A DNA stretch of 48,467 nucleotides from Chiloscyllium plagiosum (taxonomy: Eukaryota), in NCBI RefSeq assembly GCF_004010195.1, contig NC_057749.1:19627438-19675904 (forward strand), given 5' to 3'. This document shows, piece after piece, positions 10,573-23,311 of the stretch. The position numbers were made by a program, and so were the translations under genes. Under the pieces are notes generated by a model that had not been told where the DNA came from, searched no databases, and was given only the letters and a program-made list of their open reading frames with translations. Numbering within the stretch: position 1 is the stretch's first letter; each line of letters starts with the position of its first letter.

Positions 10573-12095
10573 CAAAAGCAGCAACACAAAGGAACTTGGG
10601 GCTACTTGTGCACAAAACCCAGAAAGCTAGCACACAGGTACAGCAGGTCATCAGGAAGGCTAATGGAATGTTGGCCCTTATTTTGATGGGGTTCAATGGA
10701 ATATAAAAGTAGAGACGTCTTGTTGGAAACTGTACCAAAGTGCTGATGAGACCATATAATGTGAGTAATGTGAGCAGTTTGGTCCCCTTGTTTCAAGAGA
10801 GATACCATTTCATTGGAGGCAGTTCACTGGGATGACCCCTGGTATGGAGGAATTGTCTTAGAAGCAAAGATTAAACAAGTTGGGACTCAACTAATTCAAA
10901 AATCAGAAGTGATTTTGTTGAAGAAAGAAAGAATCTTAAAGGGGCTTGACAAGGTAAATGCCAAGAGGATGTTACCCATCCCTTCCCAAGCTAGGGCTAG
11001 AGGGCATAGTCTCAGAATTAAGGGGTGCCAATTTAAGATCAAGATGAGAAGGAATTTCTTTCATAGGCTCAGAGTCAGACAGCATGGAAATAGACCCTTT
11101 GATCCAACTAGTCCATGCTGACCATATTCCAAAACAAAACCAGTCCCACTTGCCTGTGTTTACCCCATATCCTTCCAAACCTTTTCTATTCATGTACTTA
11201 TCCAAGCAACTTTTAAATGCTGTAGCTGTACCTGCATCCCCTGGCAGTTTATTCCACACATGAACCACTCTAAAAACATTGCCTTTCGTGTCCCTTTTAA
11301 AACTTTCTCCTGTAATCTTAAAAATATGCTTCCTATTTTGAACTCCTTTCATCTTGCTGTTCACTCCATTTATGCCCTACATGATCTTATAAATCTTTGT
11401 AAGCTCACCCCTCAACCTCCTACACTACAGTGGAAAAAGTCCCAGCCTATCCCTATAACTCAAATCCTCCAATCCCTGCAACACCTTGGTAAATCTTTTC
11501 TGAACCCTCTCTAATTTAGCAAAACCCTTTCTAAAGCAGGGAGACCAGAACTGCACACAGTACTCGAATAGGCCTCACCAACGTCCTGTACAAACTCAAC
11601 AAGCTGTCCCAACTCTTATATTCAGAGGTTTGAGCAATGAAGAAAGCATGCTAAACATATTCTTAATCATCCTGTCTACCTGGAATACAAATTTCAAAGA
11701 TTATGTGCCTGAACTCCTTAGTCTCTGTTCCATAACTCTACCCAGAACCCATTAATTGTATAAATCCTTGTTTGTTTTACCAAAATGCAATTCCTCACAT
11801 TTATCCAAATTAAACTTTATCTGCCACTCCTCACCCACTGACCCAATTGATCAAGATCTCTTTTCTCAGAGGGTTGTGAATCTTTGGATCTCCTTGCCAC
11901 ACAGAGCTGTGGGGCAAAGTCCTTATCTATTAAGGCTGAAGAAGATAGACTCTTGATGTGTAGGGGAATCAAAGGCTATGGGGAAAGAGCAGGAAAGTGG
12001 ATGTGAGGAGTGTCAGATCAGCCATGATCCTGTTGAATGGCAGACCAGCCTCAAGGAGCTGTACCTTTCACTCCCGTTCTTATTTGTTATGATCT
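10573..12095 (+). mobile_element. CR1 LINE 3' portion (10573-11060 and 11858-12095) interrupted by another CR1
   Basis: ...ARGHSLRIKGCQFKIKMRRNFF resumes as FSQRVVNLWISLP after the insert. Confidence 0.85.
11061..11857 (-). mobile_element. CR1 LINE 3' portion nested in CR1
   Basis: Minus-strand VVHVWNKLPGDAGTATAFKSCLDKY, plus the KFNLDKCEELHFG region. Confidence 0.85.
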
Positions 12096-13338
12096 TAGAG
12101 TCATAGAGAGATATATAAACCTTTAAGTCCAACTCGTCCGTGCCGACCAGATATCCCAACCCAATCTAGTCCCATTTGCTAGCACTTGGCCCATATCCCT
12201 CCAAACGCTTCCTATTCATGTACCCATTCAGATGCCTTTTAAAATGTTGTCATTGTACCAGCCTCCACCATTCCCTCTGACAGTTCATTCCATACACACA
12301 CCACCCTTTGCATGAAAACGTTGCTCCTTAGGTCCCTCTTAAGTCTTGCCCCTCTCACCCTAAACCTATGCCCTCTAGTTTTGGAATCACCCACCCCAGT
12401 GAAAAGACCTTGTGTATTTACCCAATCCATGCCCCTTATGATTTTATAAACCTCTAAAGGTGACCCCTCAGCCTCCAAAGCTGCAGAGAAACAGCCCCAG
12501 ACTAATCAGCCTCTCCCTTTAGCTCAAACCCTCCAACCCTGGCAACATCCTTGCAAATCTTTTCTGAACGCTTTCAAGCTTCACAACAACGTTCCTATAG
12601 CAGGGAGGCCAGAATTGCATACACTATTCCAAAAGTGGCCTAACCGATGTCCTGTACAGCTGCAGCATGACCTCCCAAATCCTATACACAATGCTCTGAC
12701 CAATATGGAACAATGAACCTGCACTCCAAGGTCTCTTTGTTCAGCAATATTACCCAGGACATTACCATTAAGTGTATAAGTCCTGCACTGATTTGTCTTT
12801 CCAAAATGCAGCACCTCACATTTATCTAAATTAAACTCCATCTACCACTCCTCGGCCCATTGGCCTATCTGAGCAAGATCCTGTTCTAATCTGAGGTAAC
12901 CTTCTTCGCTGTCCACAACGCCTCCAGTTTTTGTGTCATCTGCAAACTTACTAACTCTATCTCTATTGTTCTCATCCAAATCATTTATATAAGTGACCTA
13001 GCACCAATCCTTGTGGTACACCACTGGTCTCGGGCCTACAGTCTGAAAAGCAACCTTCCATCACCCCCCTCTGCCTTCTACCTTCCAGCCAGTTCTGTAT
13101 CCAAGTGGATAGTTCTCCCTTGCTAACCAGTCCATCATCAAGAACCTTGTTGAACACCTTACTGAAGTCCATATGGTCTGGCCTCCTTAATCCTTCAAAA
13201 GAACTTCTTCAAAGAACTCTATCAAGTTAGTAAGACAGGATTTCCCATGCAAAAGTCATGTTGACTATCCCTAAATCAGTCCTTGCATATCCAAATATAT
13301 TTAAATCCTGTCCCTCAGGATTCTCTCCAACAACTTCT
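12096..13338 (-). mobile_element. CR1 LINE, 5'-truncated and decayed
   Basis: MDFSKVFNKV...SGVPQGLVLG, KFADDT, MEFNLDKCEVLHFGK, EVYKIIRGMD...TRGHRFRVRG. Confidence 0.92.
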
Positions 13339-13649
13339 TTGTCTTAAATGGGACAAGAAGCAGTTGCAGGATTTCCTCAGAATTACTATTGTACTGCGGT
13401 GTACATTTTATATTGTTTGATTCTTAAACATCTTTGAGGTGAATGTGTGGCCCAATAGACGGTCTCTTTGGAGGTCCATGATGGCCTCTGTGTATATTTT
13501 CGCTACTGACAACAGATGGCAGCAATGACCTGCATGTTCACAATCAGGAACCAGTCACACACAACAACATGCAGCATATATAACAAAATAAAATGATGCA
13601 AGGTGCTTCACAATAGTGTTTATTAAGCAATATTTGACACCACAGAATG

Positions 13650-14090
13650 ATTATATCCCATAAGGAGGCCATTCCGTTACCAAGACTGTGCTGGCTCTCC
13701 GTAGAAGGAATTAATTTAGTCCCACTCCTACGCCTTCTTTCTGTAAAACATTCTTAAGCTAACAATCCAATTACCTTTTGAAAACCTCAATTTCCCTACC
13801 TTCACCACAATTTCAGACAATGCATTCTATTCTCTCACTTGCATGAAAAGGTTTATCCTCTTGTCGCCATTGCTACTTTTGCCAGTCCCTTTAAATTTAT
13901 CCTCTCATTCATGATCCTTTTACTAATGGGAACAGTTTCTCTCTGAAACTGTGTCCATATCCCTCCTGATATTGAACACCTCAACCAAATCTCCACACAG
14001 GCATTGCTTCTCCAAGGACATCAGCTATCAGCCAAGGTTTATTTGATGTAAACAAAGTTGCTCATTGATGGAACCTTTCTCTTGAGTTAA
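13650..14090 (-). mobile_element. Old CR1 3' fragment
   Basis: Degenerate minus-strand CR1 C-terminus and 3'UTR pattern. Confidence 0.55.
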
Positions 14091-14124
14091 AGCTTGAATT
14101 GCATAAAATGATATTAGGATAGAT

Positions 14125-14320
14125 GAACATAAGAACATAAGAATGAGGAGGAGTAGGCCATCGTGTCAGAGTCATTCACAGAAACAGGCCCTTCAGTCCA
14201 ACCAGTCCATATCGACCATAGTCCCAAACTAAACTAGTACAACCTGCCTGTGCTTGGCCCACATTCCTCCAAATATTTTATTCATGTACTTACCTAAATG
14301 TCTTTTAAATATTCTAACTT
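14125..14320 (-). mobile_element. Short CR1 3' tail fragments
   Basis: AACATAAGAACATAAG tail followed by sequence homologous to 11075-11220. Confidence 0.65.
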
Positions 14321-14340
14321 TGCTAGTTGTTTTAAGCAGG

Positions 14341-14887
14341 TGTAACGTGGATATTCCAGGAGAGATGCCACTGGTCAAACCACTTAGTTTTAAAAACAAA
14401 ATTTATTTCCAAGATTACTGAATGAAACACAAACAACAAAAATCAGAATATTGAATGAATTCTCCAAAAACCAAGCAGATCATCCCAAGATAATGATGCT
14501 GTTTCAAATACTTGCAACAATCCCCCTAAATACCCCTTGGCATAAAAGGTAAAAACAAACATAGCTTCTTACAGGGTAGAAGTCAGAGAAAGTTACCAGC
14601 CAGGACTTGCTCCTTTAGGTCCAGTAGCTTTTTTCACACTACTGCTAAAAACCAAACCAAACTAGAGAAAAGCTGAGCTGGCAGAACTAGCCACTTCCGT
14701 GTCCTTGTACAGGTGTTTCTTTTTTAAAAACTTGAAAGCCTTCTGCCTGAGACAATATCTATTAGCTATTATCAAATTGGCCCCAAAACACTACACCCCA
14801 GACTTTTTGGAGTCTGTGTCGTTTATGACCTCTCTGAAAAAAAAGCCAAGGACTGCATGACCTTGTTAAAGGAGTAGCTTCATTACA
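14341..14887 (-). mobile_element. Probable solo LTR (Gypsy-like)
   Basis: TGTAA...TTACA termini, about 547 bp, non-coding, with a minus-strand AATAAA near 14402. No TSD found. Confidence 0.5.
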
Positions 14888-15084
14888 GACCTCATAGAAT
14901 AGTTCCCTCATTGGGACTGTTAATCTGGTCCAATCAGGGAGCCTTGGCTGATAGATAAAATGCAGAGTGAGAAAGATTCTGGCACACTTGAGAGCTGGCT
15001 CTGAAGAGGTAGTACTAGAGTGGAGGATTCGTGTAAATGAAGGGTGACTTGGTGAAGGGATACCAGCCTCTGTGGAGTTTTTCA
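14888..15084 (+). mobile_element. LTR 3' part (Gypsy-like)
   Basis: CCAAT box, TATA-like GATAAAA, a degenerate polyA signal and a terminal CA. Recognised from memory as a shark LTR. Confidence 0.45.
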
Positions 15085-15086
15085 TA

Positions 15087-15735
15087 TCCTCAATTTGAAC
15101 AACTACTTCTCCTTTGACTCCTTTCACTATCTTCAAATAAAAGGTGTGGACATGCATACTCGTAAGTGCCCCAGTTATGCCTGTTTCTTTGTAGGTATGT
15201 GGAATGTTCCTTGCTCCAGTCTTATTCAGGCCCCACTCACAACTCTTTCGCTGGTACAACAATGTCATCAGTGCTGCTTCCCTGTCTCATCCAGAATTGA
15301 AAAATTTAATCAATTTTGCTTCCTGCTTCCAACTTCCACCCTGCTTTCACTTTCACCTGGTCCATCTCTGACTCCTCCCTTCTCATCCTTAACCTCTTTA
15401 TTTCCATTTCTGGGGATAGGCTGGCCATCTATATCCACTGCAAACCCACTGACTCCCATAGTTACATTGACGATACATCCTCACACCTTGCTTTCTGTAA
15501 AGACTCCATTCCACTATCTCAGTTCCTCCAGTTCTGTTGCATCCGTTATGATGATACCAGCTTCCACAGCAGGGAGCGGGGTGAACCTTCAAAACATTCA
15601 CCTTTTTTCCTCAACTGATAACTCTCTACTAATGTAGTTGACAGACTCTCAGATGTGTCCAACCCATCTCCTGCACTTTTGCCCTCATCCCTTTTCTTCC
15701 CACCCACAGCACTGATCGGGTCCCCCCCGGTCCTA
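15087..15735 (+). mobile_element. PLE reverse transcriptase fragment
   Basis: NYFSFDSFHYLQIKGV...PSYACFFVG, then NFHPAFTFTWSISDSSL...KPTDSHSY...SSH...KDSIPLSQF. Confidence 0.9.
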
Positions 15736-16574
15736 TATAGGCCAGTGTGCACAGGGATGTTGGGGAAATGGGACTTAACAGTGAGTTAAGTCAAAAGCAG
15801 GAGGAGTTTTGTTGATCTCAAGCTTTTGAATGCAGAGAAGCAGAAAGGATTGAGTTGGTGTATTCAAGCTGAGAGGTAATAATGGCATAAGTGAATGAGT
15901 CGGCAAGAATGAAAGAAACTATGAAATGGATGTGAAAATAGGTCATCTTCCCAGAATTTGGTTGGAGTACTAGAATCAACCCGAACACTCATAAAGATGT
16001 TACTGAATAGTCTGTCATCACAGTAACCACAAATTAAATTAATAATCATATAATCAATTTCTCAAATTTTGTTAGATGTTGGAATGAATTTGCATGAGCT
16101 TTTGTGTTCAGTTTTTTATAATGTAGCTTTACATTAAAATATAATCAGATTGATATTATCCCATATGGAAAGTCTTTTCAGTTCTGTAATTATGTGAAAT
16201 TATTCAATTTCTTCCTGATGTGTCACACTATTGAATGGAACTCTCATTTATAAACCATCCCCATTCTGAAAGAAGATTCTCCAAGGGTATCTCTAATGGA
16301 GTTAGACTTTGAACACCTCCCAATCAGCCAAGGTTGGTATGTAAACTGGAGCGTGTTACACAAAATGCTGCTTGGATGTGCTCGAGGCAGACTGAAGAGA
16401 AGCAAACACTGTTCAATTCACTCTGCTGAATCCTACCTTAAGAAAAATAACATTTTGTTATTTTTTGTTATTTTGTTAGTGTTTACCCAAAACCTAGAAA
16501 TATATAATGCAAAATTAAGCTAATAAGCCCATTCTAGCTGTGCTAAGGTTCATTTTTATAAGGGTCACTTCCCC

Positions 16575-17365
16575 CCCAATTCCTGTTCTCTTTAACATTC
16601 TACCCAGTCTAATTCTACTCTTCACTGTCAGTTCCATTTCCCCAATATCCCTTTAATATTCCATCCGGTCTAAATCTAACTCTGCCATTCACTCACTCTA
16701 CCTAATAATATCCCAACCAATCTATCCAGACTCCTGTTCATTCTCAGTATCCTTAAATATTCCCCAGTCTAATCACACTCTCCGTTACTCCCTGCACACT
16801 TTAATATCCCACCTTCCCCATCCTGAAGAAGGGCTTATGCCTGAAACGTCGATTCTCCTGCTCCTCAGATGCTGCCTGGACTGCTGTGTTTTTCCAGCAC
16901 CACATTTTTCAACACCTTCCCCATCATGCCTTACACCCTTTACTATCCCACCCAATCTGATTCCACACTCACCCTCACATCCCCAATCCTTTAATATCCC
17001 ACCAAAACTAATTCTCACAGCCACTCTACTCCCTATCTACCTCCCCTCCCTGTACACTTTGATATCTCACCGTCTAAAACCACTCTCTCCCTTCACTTTC
17101 CACACCCTTTAATATTTCAAGCAGTCTAATCCTACTCTCATGCTCACTCCCTGTACCCGTAATATCCTACACTCCCTTCACTTCCTAGACTCTTAGCTTT
17201 CCCACTTAGTCCAATTCTACTCTGCCGACACCATTTAATATTCTACTTAGTCTAATCCCCTCTGCCTCTTACTAGCTGCACTTTTCATCCCGGCCAGCCT
17301 ATCACCACTTCTGCTCATTTCCTCTGCCCTTTAGTACACAGCCTATCTAATCCTATTCTGTCCCT
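16575..17365. repeat. Degenerate pyrimidine-rich minisatellite (~45-50 bp unit)
   Basis: Recurrent CCAGTCTAAT(C/T)CTACTCTC...CTCCCTG.AC.C.TTAATAT.CC blocks. Confidence 0.7.
16823..16912 (+). mobile_element. 90-bp hammerhead-bearing PLE-derived insert with 13-bp TSD
   Basis: Begins CTGAAGA-A-GGGC-TTAT-GCCT-GAAAC-GTC-GAT. TSD CACCTTCCCCATC at 16810-16822 and 16913-16925. Confidence 0.85.
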
Positions 17366-17449
17366 TAATTTTAAAGGAGCTTTTCAGAGGTATCCAAGGG
17401 TATCTCTAATGGATTCTGTTGTACCTTGTGGTCCAAGGTTCCACATTCT

Positions 17450-18857
17450 CACCTTTCACCTCACCAGCCTTCACATGCAAAGAATAATCCTCGGTCATTT
17501 TCGCCAACTCCAACACGACGCCACCACTAAACACATCCTCCCTTCCCTCCCCCGTCTGCATTCCGCAGAGATCGTTCCCTCCGGGCAACCTAGTCCACCC
17601 CTCCATCACACCTAACACCTCTCCCATCACACACGGCACCTTCCCATGCAAGGTGCAACACCTGTCCTTTTACCTCTTCCATGCTCATCATCCAAGGCCC
17701 CAAACACTCATTTCAGATTAAGCAGTGTTTTACTTGTACCTCTTTCAATTTGGTCTATTGCATTTGTTGCTCCCAATGTGGTCTCCTCTATATCGGAGAG
17801 ACAAAACGCCGACTGCGTGATCGCTTTGCTGAGCGCCTTCGGTCTGTACGCAATCAGGTCCCGAACCTTCCCGTGGCTTGCCTCTTCAACACACAATCCT
17901 GCTCCCATGCCCACGTGTCTGTCCTTGGCTTGCTGCAATAGAACATAGAACATAGAAGAATACAGCGCAGTACAGGCCCTTCGGCCCTCAATGTTGCGCC
18001 GATCCAAGCCCACCTAACCTACACTAGCCCACTATCCTCCATATGCCTATCCAATGCCCGCTTAAATGCCCATAATGAGGGAGAGTCCACCACTGTTACT
18101 GGCAGGGCATTCCACGAACTCACGACTCGCTGAGTAAAGAACCTACCCCTAACATCTGTCCTATACCTACCCCCCCCTTAATTTAAAGCTATGCCCCCTT
18201 GTAATAGCTGACTCCATACGAGGAAAAAGATTCTCACTGTCGACCCTATCTAAACCCCTAATCATCTTATACACCTCTATCAAGTCACCCCTAAACCTTC
18301 TTTTCTCCAATGAAAACAACCCCAAGTGCCTCACCCTTTCCTCATACGATCTTTCTACCATACCAGGAAACATCCTGGTAAACCTCNNNNNNNNNNNNNN
18401 NNNNNNNNNNNNNNNNNNNNNNNNNNNNNNNNNNNNNNNNNNNNNNNNNNNNNNNNNNNNNNNNNNNNNNNNNNNNNNNNNNNNNNNNNNNNNNNNNNNN
18501 NNNNNNNNNNNNNNNNNNNNNNNNNNNNNNNNNNNNNNNNNNNNNNNCTACCCTTCTCCCCTGTTTTCCATTTTGCCTCTGCTTCAGCCCTCCCACCCAT
18601 CCCCTACATATTTTGTCACATAGCACTGGCTTCAGCCTTGGTCATTCACAGCTCCTAATCTCCCTATAATCTCTCTATGCACTGTCATTATCACCTCTTT
18701 ATTGATACCTTTGCTTCTGGAGCCATGACTCACCTTCTCAGCCTAGTATAAATACCTCCCTATTTCCCCCTTTTTTTAGCTTTGACAAAGACTTGAAACA
18801 TCAGCTCTTTTCTCTCCTTACAGATGCTGAGATTTTCCAGCATTTTCTCTTTTGGGG
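17450..18857 (+). mobile_element. 5'-truncated PLE (GIY-YIG endonuclease plus pLTR) with a nested CR1
   Basis: FTCTSFNLVYCICCSQCGLLYIGETKRRLRDRFAE at 17681-17938. pLTR at 18547-18857. TSD TCCACATTCT at 17440-17449 and 18858-18867. Confidence 0.88.
17939..18386 (-). mobile_element. Young CR1 3' end nested in a PLE, running into a gap
   Basis: MFPGMVERSYEERVRHLGLFSLEKRRFRGDLIEVYKMIRG with a (TAGAACA)n tail. Confidence 0.93.
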
Positions 18858-19829
18858 TCCACATTCTAACGTGTCCTGTGTGAATATGGAATTCTGGGCC
18901 ACAAACTGAAACTGTCATGACAGGGCGGCATTTTCACATGAACACAATTGAATTCCAGAAATTACTTAAAGTGAGAAGCAATCTGTTACAATTGACCTAG
19001 TCACAACCCTTCAAATTCCGGAAACCATTTTATCAGTTGACCTATTAACCTTCTCAATTATATTAAATAAAGCCTAAGATTCTCTCGGTCTCTTTGTATA
19101 AGTATAGCCACTTAGTTTGCTAACATTCTGCTCGATCTACCCTCGACCATTGCTTTTGATGTTTTTTTAATCAGCCTGTTCCGAGGTGTTGTGATACACC
19201 TTCAGCACAAAGTGGGACTTGAACCCAGAATAGTAACACTACCACTGTGCCACAAGACCCCTCCATTGCACTCATACCATTCCAGAATTGAACATCCATT
19301 TGTTGTCTAACTTGTGCAAGGTCAGAAATGCTGTCTCAACTTTGTGTTTTACACTTTAAAATTCTCTTTTCCCTGTCCTTTTGCTGTTCTATGTTATCTA
19401 AAGTCTTCCAATTGGCTTTCCTAACTTTGCACGCCAAGATGTTGTCACGTTTTCTTTTACATTTGAACTGATAAGTGGTTCTGAAACTATTGGATTGCTG
19501 TAAAAATCCAACTGGTTTGCAACTGTCCTCCTGAAGAGAGAAGACGTAGTTGAGGACTCTTAACTGAAATGACTACTCAGTTGTTTTGAATTGCTACAAT
19601 GCTTCAAAAAGGTAACCCATCACTACCATCTCAAGGGCAGATGCAGTAGATGTCTACACTCCCAAGGTACCTGTCACATGGAAAAGCCAAGAAAAATCAG
19701 TAAAGCTTGGAAGTTATGGCACTGCTGCAAACTCATCCAGCCTACTTTGTTGTGGAAATCCAACTCAGGCCACTTCCATGATTTTCAAACTTTACTGGTT
19801 TTCTCCTTCTGCTATTCTGTGCTCACCTG

Positions 19830-20140
19830 CAATATTTCACAATACTCCCCAAATCCACAACCTCTACTACTGAGAATGACAACGACAGAAGACAAATGGA
19901 AGCATCACTATCTTTGGTCATTGATGTCCACACCTCGCATCAATTTGACTTGAACTGTATTGCCATCCCTTCTGTCACTGGGTCAGCATCCCTTCCTAAC
20001 AGCACTGTGAGTATATATACACCCTGAGGACAACAGAGGTTCAGGAAGGTAGCCCAACAGCACTTTCTGAAACGACAGCTAGAGGTGGACAATAAATGCT
20101 GGCTGACACAGCAATGCCTGCATCCAATGAAACAGATATG
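19830..20140 (+). mobile_element. L2/Crack-like LINE 3' end
   Basis: Homologous to 2900-3097 plus 4250-4370. Confidence 0.55.
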
Positions 20141-20654
20141 AAAAAGAAAGGTCTGTTACAGTTTGCCACAACTCGGTGGGAAACACTAATCCAAATATTA
20201 TACCTTCAAGTCTAACTGCAGGAAATTAATGTAAATCAAAGTATCTCCAAAATAAATCCATTCGCCTCATCTTTCAGTTGCTTTTACTCCTGCTGTTTGT
20301 TCATAAGTCTAGCTGTGTCCACTGTCCCATTTAATTTCCTATGCCCCTTTAAGTGGTCCCTTCTCAAAATCTTTTCAAAATTCATATAAACCATGTCATC
20401 TGTATTTCATTTCTCTATTCTCTAATATTTTGAAGTTTACTGAGGTTGATAGTTAGGACCTGAATGAACCTACTTAACTAGTTCCAAACTTAGAATGTTT
20501 TATATTTTAAATCACTTTAGTTCTTCAAGAACTGAAATACAACTAACTTCATTATCAATTCCGTGTGTTATCCTAAACTATTGCTAGATAATTGGATCTT
20601 TTCTTTCGTTGCATTTTCCAGTATCGGTGGTAATTGCCCAGGTGCTTTGGCAGT

Positions 20655-20936
20655 AATATTGGTGCAACATTTTACCTTAATGATCAAGATGAAGGAACTG
20701 GAGGCATTCTGGCTAAGTTTGAAGACGATACAAAGATAGGTAGAGAGAATTGAGGGGGCAGGGAAGCTGCAGAAGGACTTGACAGGTTAGGAGAGTGAGC
20801 AAAGAACTGGCAGATGGACTATAATGGGGGTGGGAGGGCAGTGTGAGGTCATGCACTGTTGTATAAAGAATAGAGGCATGGGCTATTTTCTAAATGGGGA
20901 GAAAATTCAGAAGTTTGAAGTGCAAAGAGACTTGGG
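20655..20936 (+). mobile_element. CR1 RT fragment
   Basis: LAKFEDDTKIG...KNWQMDYN...CEVMH. Confidence 0.75.
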
Positions 20937-20959
20937 AAGGGAGATGGACAGGTAGGACA

Positions 20960-21165
20960 GTTCCATCCTCCTCTCTGACCTATCATCTTCAGCCTCACCT
21001 TCATCTGCCAATCGCATTCCCAGCTACCTTCCCATTTATCTCAGCCCCCCTTGGGCCAGAAAAACCTCATTCTTGATGAAGGGCTTATGCTCGAAACATC
21101 GATTCTCCTGCTCCTCAGATGCTGCCTGACCGGCTGTACTTTTCCAGCACCGCATTCTTTGACCC
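20960..21165 (+). mobile_element. PLE terminal repeat with a degenerate hammerhead motif
   Basis: TTGATGAAGGGCTTATGCTCGAAACATCGAT at 21073-21103, followed by the same 3' end as 16850-16912. Confidence 0.75.
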
Positions 21166-21194
21166 TAAAATATTTATCCTTGTCATTAAACTAG

Positions 21195-22170
21195 TTAGCC
21201 ATTCAGCCCCTTGAAGCCGCTCTGCAAATCAGTGAGATCATGTGTGATCATCTGCTTCATGAAAAATATTGAGATGTGCAGGAAAATGCTAGTGTGTAGA
21301 GATCTATCAACAAGACTTTAAAAACTTTAAAGAACTAAGCCTCCGCAATCCTCTTAGAGAATTCCAAAGGCTTGCTACCCTCTGATTGAAGACATTCCAC
21401 TTCATCTCAGTTCTTCATGGCCTATTTTATATTCTGAGACTGTTTCCCTTAGTTCTAGACCCCACAGCCAGAACAAATATCCTTCCTATATTCTTCCAAG
21501 ACTCGACGGGGTAGATATTGTAAGTGGGAATGAGATCACCCCTCAGTATTCTAAACTACAGATAAAAGAAGCCCATAGAAAAATCCCTCCATCCCAGGAA
21601 TTAGTTTGGTGAACCTTCTTTGCATTCTTTGTGGCAAATATATATTTCCTTAGATAACTGCACACAATGTTCTAACTTGGTTGTATCAAAACTCAAATTT
21701 CAGTAAGCTCTCTTTATACCTGCACTCATCTTTTTGTAATAAATGCCACCATATCATTTGCCTTTTTAATTGCTTTCTGTACTACATTAACATTCAGCTA
21801 CTCATGAACAAGTACACTCAAGTCCCTTTGAAGTTCAAATACACCCCAACTTCTCACATTTAAGAAATATTCTGTATTTCTGTTTATCTTACCAAAGTAG
21901 ATAACCTCATATATCATATGCCATTTTTAATGACTCCCTGAAGTACCTTTGCATCCTTCTCAAAGGCTCACACGCCCATCTATTTTGTATCATCTGCAAA
22001 CTTGGATATAATACATTTAATCCCCTCATTCAAATCATTAATATAGATTGTGAATATTTAGGGCCTGAGCATTGATCCTTGTAGAACCTGTCAATGTGAC
22101 AATGATGCATTTATTCTTATTCGGTTTTCTGTCAGCCAGTTCTCAATCCTGAATATTCCCATGTGCTGTA
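21195..22170 (-). mobile_element. Old CR1 LINE fragment
   Basis: Minus-strand QGSMLRP, KFADDT and C-terminal remnants. Confidence 0.7.
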
Positions 22171-23311
22171 AATTTGCAGAGCATCCAATCCCATTTTCCT
22201 CTTCTGAAAAGAAAGTGGAGTTATTGAGAAAGTAACTAGTGTATATGCAGGGAATTTTTAAACTATTATTCAGTTTAGATTCTTTCTAGATATTCACTAA
22301 TTTTACATTATTTTAGTCATAAGATGACTGCACACCTTCAAGATTTTTTATTATTGGTGTTCATTTTCAGCTGTTTACTAATCTTAAATATATAAAGGAG
22401 CATTTTTTTTAAATGCAGAGGGGTAAAAAACACACACTGTAGATGTGCTGAATGTTTGAAGATGGTGTGTTTAGGATTTTAATTGGTCAGTTTATTGGGA
22501 GCTTAAAATTTAACTCTAATTTGTATTCCAACCCCAACCCTAATCCCAGCCCTCCAACCTTGAATGAAACCCAAACCTCAGCTGTAACTCTTACACCAAA
22601 TCGCATCCTAATCACCCCCTAATCCTAAGTAGTGCAATTCCAATCACATTTTGGGAGCACAATGCACCCAAATTGCACCCAAAATTGAAACTTGCACTCT
22701 GATGAACAAGATTGAGCAGAAAATGGATTCCTGTATAGCACCATATATTGCTATTCACACTTTAGCCAAGACAGGTGTCCCAATTTCAGATTACACTGAT
22801 ATTGGACTATACCCACCACTAGAACCCCAATGATCCCGTATTCCCCTCAGGTGCGATGGGTAAAAATGACTGTTGTTACCTCACAGCTGAAGAATAGGAG
22901 GCATTACAATACCTACCCACCACATGCACAACTTTAGCCTGAGTGACAGGACAGAATGTCAGCATCAGGGTTAATATCAGGATGACTGTGTCTTGAGCAG
23001 ATCTGTTGCAAAGTCTCAATCAATACCATCACAGAGATGTGCATATCATCTGACTTTACAACTTCTTAATCCATCCATTGTTGAATCATATGATTCCAAT
23101 GGATGCCTAGCTGATTCCCCTATAATCTACCCTCTTGTAAACTAAAACTCTGCTGCTGTTTCTAAACTTGCACCAACTGCAATTCCTTCTCAGTAACCTG
23201 CATTAGCTCCTGGTCGAGCAGAGCTTCAATTTTAAAATTCCGATCCCTGTTTTGAAATCCCTATGACCTTGCCACTCCCTACCTCTAATTTCCTCCACAA
23301 GCCTAGGAGAT

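Noticed and set aside
16575..17365. CRISPR-like repeat/spacer array
   Set aside because: Units are degenerate along their whole length with no unique spacers. The context is eukaryotic, with no cas genes.
22525..22630. Interstitial telomeric (CCCTAA)n
   Set aside because: Only a few scattered matches, too degenerate to support.
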